Shown here: positions 12,011-19,218 of the stretch, one piece after another | How positions within the stretch are numbered: position 1 is the stretch's first letter | Layout of the letters: each line of letters starts with the position of its first letter | Origin: Candidatus Limnocylindrales bacterium | GTDB lineage: Bacteria; Chloroflexota; Limnocylindria; Limnocylindrales; CSP1-4 | DNA length: 64,000 nt | Direction of reading: 5' to 3' | Assembly (NCBI GenBank): GCA_035248345.1 | Contig: DATFHO010000101.1 | Span: forward strand, 80,407-144,406 | Program-made: the position numbers and the translations under genes | The notes under the pieces: model-generated | Database searches by the model: none | What the model saw: the letters and a program-made list of their open reading frames with translations, nothing else | What the model was told of the DNA's origin: nothing

Positions 12011-12666
12011 GCTCGCCGCGGGTCGCGGCGGTCACGATCGGCCAGACACCCCGACCGGACCTGCTCGAGCCGCTCGTCGCGCGGGCCGGAACGGATGTGG
12101 AAATCATCGAGCTCGGCGCGCTGGACGGACTGACGGCGGACGAGCTGCCGCGACGAGCGCAAGCTGCCTACCCGTTGACGACCCGACTTCGCGACGGGTC
12201 GCGTGTCACGCTCGATGAAGCGGACCTCGCGCCCCTCGTCCAGCGGGCGATCGATGGGGCCGATGCTGTCGGAGCCGGCGTCACGCTCCTCCTGTGCGCA
12301 GGCGGGTTTGCCGACGCGACGGCGCGCGGAACGCTCGTCAGGCCGTTCGAGGCGGCGGTCGCGAAGGTGATGCAGCTCGGCGCACGGCGCGTCACCGTCC
12401 TCGTCCCGTTCGAGGCACAAGCCGACCCGACGCGGCGCAAGTGGGCCGCCGCAGGTGTCGATGCCGCGCCGTTGATCGGTGATCCGGCAACCGTCGACGT
12501 CCGCTGGATCGCCGACTGCCACGCGATCGTGCTCGACTACGTCGGGCATCCGGGCCGGGCTGTCAACGCACTCCGGACCCGCACCCGGATACCGGTGATC
12601 GATCTCGGCGAGTGCGGCGCGGACGCCGCCGTCGCTGCGCTCGGGATGGGCATGGTGGCCCGGTGA
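12007..12666 (+). CDS. AroM-family protein
   Basis: ~219 aa with the AroM-like pattern (VTIGQTPRPDL...TLLLCAGGF...VTVLVP). GTG start overlaps the SDR stop (GTGA). Confidence 0.55.
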   Translation: MSSPRVAAVTIGQTPRPDLLEPLVARAGTDVEIIELGALDGLTADELPRRAQAAYPLTTRLRDGSRVTLDEADLAPLVQRAIDGADAVGAGVTLLLCAGGFADATARGTLVRPFEAAVAKVMQLGARRVTVLVPFEAQADPTRRKWAAAGVDAAPLIGDPATVDVRWIADCHAIVLDYVGHPGRAVNALRTRTRIPVIDLGECGADAAVAALGMGMVAR

Positions 12667-13562
12667 GCGCGATCGACCAGCTCCGGGGTGTCTGGAACAT
12701 CGTCCCGACGCCGTTCGCGCACGACGGGAGCCTCGATGAAGCGAGCATCGGCACGCTCGTCGACTTCGTGATCGGCACGGGCGTCGACGGCATGACCGTC
12801 CTCGGGGTCATGGGCGAGGTCGGACGGTTGTCGGACGACGAGCGGCGGCGCGTCCTCGAGCTGGCCATCAGCGCCGCCGCCGGCCGCATCCCGGTGTGCG
12901 CGGGTGTCAGCCATGCGGCAACCGATCGCGCCGTCGCGTTCGCACGCGAAGCCCAGGAGCTCGGCGCGCACTCGGTGATGCTTGCGCCGCCCGCGCTCGC
13001 GAAGCCGAACGACGAGGCCGTCCGCGCGCACTACGCGGCGGTCGCGGGCGCCATCGCGATCCCGGTCGTCGTCCAGGACCACCCGGCCAGCTCGAGCGTC
13101 TGGATGAGCACATCGGTGATCGGCTCGATCGCCTGCGCGTCACCGCTGTGCCGCGTCGTCAAGCTCGAAGAGGAGCCGTCGCCGCCCAAGATCCGGCGGC
13201 TGCTCCGCGAGTCGCCTGACCTCGTCGTGCTCGGCGGGCTCGGCGCGATGCTGCTGATCGAGGAGCTGCGTGCGGGCGCGAGCGGCACGATGACCGGCTT
13301 CGGCTATCCCGACATCCTCGTGGACATCGTGCGCCGGTGGTTCGCGGGCGACGTCGACGGCGCGCGCGCCGCCTTCTACCGCGCTGCGCCGCTCATCCGG
13401 TTCGAGAACCAGGCGGGCTTGAACCTCACGATCCGCAAGGAAATCTACCGCAGGCGTGGGGCGATTGCGTCGGCTCGCGTCCGAGCGCCGGGGAGCCAGC
13501 TCGACGCCGGCACGATCGCCGACCTCGAAGACCTGCTCGCCCACCTGGAGCTGCCGGCCTGA
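12663..13562 (+). CDS. Dihydrodipicolinate synthase (DapA)/N-acetylneuraminate-lyase-family class I aldolase
   Basis: IVPTPFAHDGSLDEASIGTLVDFVIGTGVDGMTVLGVMGE is a DapA-family signature. GTG start overlaps the AroM stop (GTGA). Confidence 0.7.
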   Translation: MSAIDQLRGVWNIVPTPFAHDGSLDEASIGTLVDFVIGTGVDGMTVLGVMGEVGRLSDDERRRVLELAISAAAGRIPVCAGVSHAATDRAVAFAREAQELGAHSVMLAPPALAKPNDEAVRAHYAAVAGAIAIPVVVQDHPASSSVWMSTSVIGSIACASPLCRVVKLEEEPSPPKIRRLLRESPDLVVLGGLGAMLLIEELRAGASGTMTGFGYPDILVDIVRRWFAGDVDGARAAFYRAAPLIRFENQAGLNLTIRKEIYRRRGAIASARVRAPGSQLDAGTIADLEDLLAHLELPA

Positions 13563-14941
13563 TGGCGGTCGATCTCCTGGTCACGGGCGGGACCGTCGTG
13601 CTGCCCGACGGGACCCGGCGGGCGAGTATCGCGGTCGAGCGCGGCCGAATCGTCGCCATCGCGAGCGAGACGGACGAGCTGCCGGAGGCGCGCGAGCGCA
13701 TCGACGCGACCGGGCTGCACGTCCTGCCGGGCGTGATCGACACGCACACGCACGCACGCGACCCAAGCGTCGACGCGCGCGAGGATTTCGGCTCTGCGAC
13801 GGCGGCCGCGGCTGCCGGCGGGATCACGACGATCCTCGAGATGCCCATTTCCACGCCGTCCGTGCACTCGACGGCGACCTTCGAGCGGCGGGTCGAGATC
13901 GTGCAGCCGAAGGCGCACGTCGACTTCGGGCTGTACGGCGCGGCTGCCGCGGACAACCTCGCGGAGATCGAGGGCCTCGCCGCGGCCGGGGTCGTCGGGT
14001 ACAAGACGTTCCGGACACCGAAGCCCGTCGGGCGCGAGCGCGAGTTCATCGGGCTGTGCGCGCCCGATGCGGCCGACTACTCCGCGGCCCTTGTCGAAGT
14101 GGCGAGGACCGGGCTCATCGGTGCCGTGCACGCGGAAGATGCGCAGCTGCTCGCCGCGAACCAGCAGGCGCTGCAGGCCGCGGGCGATCGGGCACCGATG
14201 AGCCACGCCCGATGGCGCCCCGAGGTCGTGGAGCTCGCGTCGGTGGCGCAGTCGATCGAGCTCGCCCTTGCCGCGGGTGCGCGGCTGCAGCTGGCGCACT
14301 GCTCGAACCCGACGGCGGTCGCGCTCGCGGCTGCGGCTCGCGTGCGGGGCAGCGTCACGGTCGAGACGTGTCCGCACTACCTGTTCCTCACCGAGGCGGA
14401 CATCGAGCGCCATGGGCCGTTCGCCAAGATCAATCCTGCGCTTCGCTCGACGGCGTCCGTCGAGGGCATGTGGGCGGCGATCGCCGCGGGCCAGGTGGAT
14501 GTCATCGGCTCCGACCATTCGCCATTCCTCGTCGAGGAGAAGGCGCCGTTCGCCGACGACATGTGGGGCGCGCTGCCCGGCGCACCCGGTCTCGAGTCGC
14601 TCGTGCCGCTGATGCTCACGGCCGTGGCAGACGGTCGCATCTCGATCGAGCAGGCCGCGGGGCTGACGAGCGGCAACGCCGCCCGGATTTATGGCCTCCG
14701 CGACAAGGGGCGCATCGCCATCGGTGCCGACGGGGACTTGACGATCGTCGACCTGGCGCACGAGGGGAGGATCGACACCTCAGCGTGGCTGACGCGGTCA
14801 CGCGGGACGGCCGGTGTGTGGAACGGTCGGCGAGTGCGTGCGCAGGTGCGAGCCACCGTCGTTCGAGGCCGGACGGTGTACCGCGACGGGAACCTCGTGG
14901 GCGCACCCGGCTGGGGCCGGCTGGTGCGACCCGCCGCCTGA
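13562..14941 (+). CDS. Cyclic amidohydrolase (dihydroorotase/allantoinase/dihydropyrimidinase-hydantoinase family)
   Basis: MAVDLLVTGGTVVLPDG...GLHVLPGVIDTHTHARDP gives the metal-binding HxH. VHAED, HCS and GSDHSP motifs are present. ATG overlaps the preceding stop. Confidence 0.75.
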   Translation: MAVDLLVTGGTVVLPDGTRRASIAVERGRIVAIASETDELPEARERIDATGLHVLPGVIDTHTHARDPSVDAREDFGSATAAAAAGGITTILEMPISTPSVHSTATFERRVEIVQPKAHVDFGLYGAAAADNLAEIEGLAAAGVVGYKTFRTPKPVGREREFIGLCAPDAADYSAALVEVARTGLIGAVHAEDAQLLAANQQALQAAGDRAPMSHARWRPEVVELASVAQSIELALAAGARLQLAHCSNPTAVALAAAARVRGSVTVETCPHYLFLTEADIERHGPFAKINPALRSTASVEGMWAAIAAGQVDVIGSDHSPFLVEEKAPFADDMWGALPGAPGLESLVPLMLTAVADGRISIEQAAGLTSGNAARIYGLRDKGRIAIGADGDLTIVDLAHEGRIDTSAWLTRSRGTAGVWNGRRVRAQVRATVVRGRTVYRDGNLVGAPGWGRLVRPAA

Positions 14942-14963
14942 TTCCAGGGCCGGCGGCGGCCCT

Positions 14964-15887
14964 ATGATCCCGCCCATGGCCCTGATCGACGCTGACGTCA
15001 TCCCCGCCCATATCGAGCATCGCATCACCCTCCGCGACGGCCGAACGCTCGCGGCGGCGGAATGGGGAGACCCGAACGGGCTGCCGTTGATCTCGATGCA
15101 CGGCACGCCCGGCGGCCGGATCGGCTGGTGGAAGGATCCGACCATCTACGAGCGGCACGGCCTGCGACGGATCACCTTCGACCGCGCCGGCTATGGCGAA
15201 TCGACACGACAGAAGGGCCGCAGCGTCGTCGACAACGTATCGGACGTCGAGCAGCTGGCGGACGCGCTCGGCATCGATCAGTTCGTCGCCGCCGGCGGCT
15301 CCGGTGGCGGCCCGCATGTCCTCGCGGCTGCCGCCCTCCTCCCGGATCGCGTCATCCGCTGCCAGGCTGCCGTTTCCGTGGCGCCCTACGAGGCGTTCGG
15401 GGACACGTGGGTTGTCGGCATGACCGAGGGCAACGTCATCGAGTTCAACGCCGCGCGGCAGGGCGAAGGCGCGGTCACGGAGCTCTGCACCGACCTGCGG
15501 GTCATGAACGTGAACCGGCTCATGGAAGGCCGCGTCGACTGGATGGGCGACGACTACGACCTCTCCGACGCGGATCGCGAGCAGATGCAGAAGCACTTCA
15601 TCCGGACGCGCGCGCACATCGCCAATGGGCTCGCATCGAGCCCCGATGGCTGGATCGACGACAACCTGGCGATGGTCAAGCCGTGGGGCTTCGACGTCGA
15701 ATCGATCCGGGTGCCGGTGCTGCTCACCTACGGCCGGACCGACGTCCTCGTGCCGGCGGCGCACGGCGACTGGCTCGCCGCGCACATCCCGAACGTCACC
15801 GTCTGGGTGGACGAGGAGAGCGGCCACCTCGGCGACGACGACCAGATCGAGCGCGAGCACGCCTGGCTGAGCGGCCGAACGCCGTAG
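14964..15887 (+). CDS. Alpha/beta-hydrolase fold protein
   Basis: Nucleophile elbow GGSGGG, an HG oxyanion motif (ISMHGTPGG) and a C-terminal His (ESGHLGD). Confidence 0.7.
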   Translation: MIPPMALIDADVIPAHIEHRITLRDGRTLAAAEWGDPNGLPLISMHGTPGGRIGWWKDPTIYERHGLRRITFDRAGYGESTRQKGRSVVDNVSDVEQLADALGIDQFVAAGGSGGGPHVLAAAALLPDRVIRCQAAVSVAPYEAFGDTWVVGMTEGNVIEFNAARQGEGAVTELCTDLRVMNVNRLMEGRVDWMGDDYDLSDADREQMQKHFIRTRAHIANGLASSPDGWIDDNLAMVKPWGFDVESIRVPVLLTYGRTDVLVPAAHGDWLAAHIPNVTVWVDEESGHLGDDDQIEREHAWLSGRTP

Positions 15888-15914
15888 GCGGGACAGCGCG
15901 GGGCGGCGCCGGCG

Positions 15915-16604
15915 TCAGCCCTCTGCGCGCTCGTCCGCCGTCTCGAGCCCGCGAACGCGGATCTCGCTGATCACCTCGTCGATGCCGGGGACGGACTCGG
16001 CAACCGCCACGAGCTCGTCTTCGGATTCGATGTCGTCGACGCTTCCCCGCAGGATCGCCGTTCGACCCTCGACGCCGATCGACAGGTCGTCCAGCAGGGC
16101 GCTCGTCGCGGCATTCGTCATGAGTGCCTCCATCACCCGGGTCTGGACCTCGTCGCCCGCCGTCACCGGCTCGGCGTGATGGTCGGCGTCGAAAGGCTCG
16201 TCATCGGCGCTGGTCGCGAATCCCGCCGCGATCACCGCGTCGCCCCGCGCATCCGCGACGACGGGCGGATCGGTGGGCGGGATCCACGTGAAGCCTTCCT
16301 CGGCGGCCTCGTTCGGGTCGTCGGTTTCGCCGGCGCGGAACTCGCCGGCGGCGAGGTCCTCGATGCTTCCGGCCGGGCCGTCGTCCGGCTGGTCCGAATC
16401 GGGCGCGCGGGCCTCGAGGGCGCCCTCGTAGATGCCCGTGTCCGTGATCTCGCCGAGCTCGTCGACCTCGGCGGCGTCGGGTACCGAGTCCGCACCGACC
16501 GGGCGAAGGCCCAGCAGCGACGCCACGTCGGGATCGACGTCGGCGCGGCTGTCAGGCCCGGCGCCCGTCAGGGCGTCTCGAGCCGGATCAGATCGGTCGG
16601 TCAC
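15915..16604 (-). CDS. Acidic BON-domain (OsmY-like) protein
   Basis: C-terminal BON-like module (TAILRGSVDDIESEDELVAVAESVPGIDEVISEIRV). Highly acidic N-terminal half. GTG start overlaps the stop of the upstream hemerythrin gene. Confidence 0.5.
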   Translation of the reverse strand: MTDRSDPARDALTGAGPDSRADVDPDVASLLGLRPVGADSVPDAAEVDELGEITDTGIYEGALEARAPDSDQPDDGPAGSIEDLAAGEFRAGETDDPNEAAEEGFTWIPPTDPPVVADARGDAVIAAGFATSADDEPFDADHHAEPVTAGDEVQTRVMEALMTNAATSALLDDLSIGVEGRTAILRGSVDDIESEDELVAVAESVPGIDEVISEIRVRGLETADERAEG

Positions 16605-17116
16605 CGGTCGCTCGAGTCGCCGCCCTTGAGCGCCTGGTCGGCCTTGCCGAGGACCTCGGCCATCGCGCCGCCGGCTTCACCGGCTGCCTTCGCGGCACTC
16701 ACCTTGGCGCCGGCATCCTGCAGCTTGTCCTCGCCCCACGTCTCGCGGATGAGGGGCCAGAACTGGTCCTCCTCGACGGCCATGTGCTGCTCGAGCGCCT
16801 GGCGGAGCTGCTGCACCGTCGCGAGCCACTCGCTGTCGTTCACGTCCAGCTCGCCGATCCGATCCATGAGCTGGTTGGCGTCGTGCGCCTCCTGCTCGTG
16901 CTGCGCGTGGAATGCATCAAGGCGGGTGTCGGTGTCGCCGATCTCCTCCACGACGGGGTCGTAGACGAACTTCTCCTCGATCTGCTCGTGGAGCTTCAGC
17001 GCCGCGTGGAGCTTCGCCCAGGCGCCGGCACGGTCCGTTGCGCCGCTGGTTCCGAGCTTCGCGAATTCGGTCCGAGCCTCCTCGTGCATCTGCTCGAGCT
17101 CGTCGAGTGCGTCCAT
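16601..17116 (-). CDS. Hemerythrin HHE cation-binding-domain protein
   Basis: 171 aa with H/E-rich helix pairs (LHEQIEEKF...FHAQHEQEAHDAN...EQHMAVEEDQFWP). GGAGG lies 7 nt upstream of the ATG at 17116. Confidence 0.65.
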   Translation of the reverse strand: MDALDELEQMHEEARTEFAKLGTSGATDRAGAWAKLHAALKLHEQIEEKFVYDPVVEEIGDTDTRLDAFHAQHEQEAHDANQLMDRIGELDVNDSEWLATVQQLRQALEQHMAVEEDQFWPLIRETWGEDKLQDAGAKVSAAKAAGEAGGAMAEVLGKADQALKGGDSSDR

Positions 17117-17260
17117 TGGAATGCCTCCTGCAGGGTGATGCAGCGCCAGTGGCGGCGCGGGGGAATCCGCATGCTCGGCGGCGGCGTGATTCGGGCGACC
17201 AACGGCGCGGTCGCGCGGCTTGCAGGCGCACGACAGCGCTGATCGCGTACGGTTGTCCGG

Positions 17261-17761
17261 ATGAGTCGCGAGGTCGAGGACTTCAACCGCCGCCTCCTGC
17301 GCGCGCGCGACGCGATGGACCGCGCGTACGCGGAGCCGCTCGACGTGAAGGCCGTCGCCGCCGTCGCACATGTGTCCGCCGCGCACTTCAGCCGCAGCTT
17401 CCGGGCCGTCTTCGGGGAGACGCCGCACCGATACCTGCAGCGCCGGCGAGTCGAGCGCTCGATGTTCCTGCTGCGCGAGACCGACCGCAGCATCACCGAC
17501 ATCTGCCTTGACGTCGGGTTCTCCAGCCTGGGAACGTTCAGCCGGACGTTCACCGGGATCGTCGGCGAGACGCCGTCGCAGTACCGGGCGGGCAACGGGC
17601 CGATCGTCGCGCCGCATTGCGTGCAGCTGATGGGCATGCGGCCGCGCATCGGCGCGTTCGAGGTGGAGCCCGCCGCGGGCGACGCCGACCTGGCCGCGGG
17701 CGACGCAACGCAGATGAGCAGTTTTGGAGAAGCGCTCGAGCCGATGGCGGCCGTAGGGTGA
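17261..17761 (+). CDS. AraC-family HTH protein with the HTH at the N-terminus and a short Ala/Asp-rich tail
   Basis: The AraC HTH signature (HFSRSFRAVFGETPHRYLQRRRVERSMFLLRETDRSITDICLDVGFSSLGTFSRTFTGIVGETPSQYR) occupies residues ~35-110. No ligand-binding domain is present. Confidence 0.6.
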   Translation: MSREVEDFNRRLLRARDAMDRAYAEPLDVKAVAAVAHVSAAHFSRSFRAVFGETPHRYLQRRRVERSMFLLRETDRSITDICLDVGFSSLGTFSRTFTGIVGETPSQYRAGNGPIVAPHCVQLMGMRPRIGAFEVEPAAGDADLAAGDATQMSSFGEALEPMAAVG

Positions 17762-17807
17762 TCCTCGACAACACCGACGCCGGCATCCACCTCGAGAGGA
17801 GCACCAG

Positions 17808-18269
17808 ATGATCACTCGCCTGAACGTCGCCTCGATCTACGTCCTGGACAAGGACGAGGCGCTCGACTTCTACGTCAACAAGCTGGGCCTCGAGAAGGGC
17901 AACGACGTCCGCCAGGGCGACTACCGCTGGCTCACGATCCGGGTTCCGGGCCAGGCCGGCGCAACCGAGGTCTCGCTCGAACAGCCCGGGCCGCCGCTTC
18001 ATGACGAGGCGACCGCGGCGCAGATCCGCGAGCTCATCACCAAGGGCGCGCTCGGGGGCCTGGTCTGGATCACCGATGACGCGCGGGCGCTGTTCGATCA
18101 GCTGCGCGAGCGCGGCGTGACCGACTTCACGATGGAGCCCACGGACCACTTCTACGGCACCGACATGGGTCTCCGCGACCCGTTCGGCAACCACATCCGG
18201 ATCCTCCAGCAGGGCGAGGCGACCATCCGGCGCGAATCCCGCAAGGACGCCGCGAAGGCCTCGGCCTGA
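17808..18269 (+). CDS. VOC/glyoxalase-bleomycin-resistance-family protein
   Basis: MITRLNVASIYVLDKDEALDFYVNKLGLEK... Strong RBS GAGAGGAG 7 nt upstream of the ATG. Confidence 0.65.
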   Translation: MITRLNVASIYVLDKDEALDFYVNKLGLEKGNDVRQGDYRWLTIRVPGQAGATEVSLEQPGPPLHDEATAAQIRELITKGALGGLVWITDDARALFDQLRERGVTDFTMEPTDHFYGTDMGLRDPFGNHIRILQQGEATIRRESRKDAAKASA

Positions 18270-18301
18270 CGCGGCCTCAGACGAACGAAAGGAGCACCAC
18301 C

Positions 18302-18751
18302 GTGCCGAGCAAGGCAAAGGACAACGTCTTCTCGAAGGAAGAGCGCGCCGCGGTCGCCGCGACTGCGCGCGAGCGGAAGGCCGCCTCGGGCGATCCCGAG
18401 CAGGAGCGCGCCGAAGGGCTCGCCATGCTCCAGGAGAGCCTGGCCAAGATGCCCCCGGATGACCGCGCGATGGGCGAACGGATCCACGAGCTCGTCTCGA
18501 AGGCCGTGCCCGAGCTCGTCCCCGGGACGTATTACGGCATGCCCGCATACAAGACCCCCGGCAAGAACGGCAGGACGATCGGCTTCTACAAGGCGAAGTC
18601 CAAGTTCAAGGTCCGCTACTCGACCTTCGGATTCCAGCCGGACGCGAAGCTCGACGACGGCGAGATGTGGCCGACCGAGTTCGCCGTGATCAAGCTCACG
18701 CCGGCAGTCGAGGCGAAGCTCGTCGAGCTGGTCAAGAAGGGCGCCGGTTGA
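18302..18751 (+). CDS. DUF1801-like small protein
   Basis: 149 aa with GTG start. Resembles the other DUF1801-type protein in this window (YGMPAYK vs YGMPAFK). Confidence 0.45.
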   Translation: MPSKAKDNVFSKEERAAVAATARERKAASGDPEQERAEGLAMLQESLAKMPPDDRAMGERIHELVSKAVPELVPGTYYGMPAYKTPGKNGRTIGFYKAKSKFKVRYSTFGFQPDAKLDDGEMWPTEFAVIKLTPAVEAKLVELVKKGAG

Positions 18752-19218
18752 GCGCAGGCACCGCAGTCGCTCGGTCCGGCGCCCGGCGCCGTGCCGATGC
18801 GGTCGCCCGATTCGAGGCCCGCGACGGTGACCTGTGGGTCGCGACGGGGGCCGGCGATGGCTCCGTCCATCTCGTGCCGCTGTCGTATGCATGGGACGGC
18901 GAGCACATCCTGATCGCCGTCGCGGTGGATTCGCCGACCGCGCGGAACCTCCAGGCTTCGCGGCGGGCACGGCTCGGGTTCGGACCGACACGCGACGTGG
19001 TCCTTGTCGAGGCGGAGGTCACGCGCAGCTCGCCCGTCCGGCATCCGGATGCCGTCGCGGTCGGTGCGCGATACGCCGCGCAGGCCGACTGGGACCCGCG
19101 CGAGGCGTCCGCTTCCTACCTCTTCGTGCTGCTGCGGCCGGTGCGCATCCAGGCGTGGCGGGAGGCGAACGAGCTCGCCGGGCGGCTGCTGATGCGGGAT
19201 GGCACATGGCTGACGTGA
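18748..19218 (+). CDS. Pyridoxamine 5'-phosphate oxidase-family (PPOX class, possibly F420-dependent) protein
   Basis: TTG start overlapping the upstream stop (TTGA). Split-barrel PPOX-like core (GSVHLVPLSYAWDGEHILIAV). The 3' end overlaps uvrA2 by 13 nt. Confidence 0.55.
   Translation: MSAGTAVARSGARRRADAVARFEARDGDLWVATGAGDGSVHLVPLSYAWDGEHILIAVAVDSPTARNLQASRRARLGFGPTRDVVLVEAEVTRSSPVRHPDAVAVGARYAAQADWDPREASASYLFVLLRPVRIQAWREANELAGRLLMRDGTWLT

Noticed and set aside
18834-19205. 124-aa N-terminal extension of the uvrA2 ORF
   Set aside because: Arg/Gly-rich, overlaps the PPOX gene in another frame. UvrA homology begins at MADVTDFGAIKVRG (ATG 19206).
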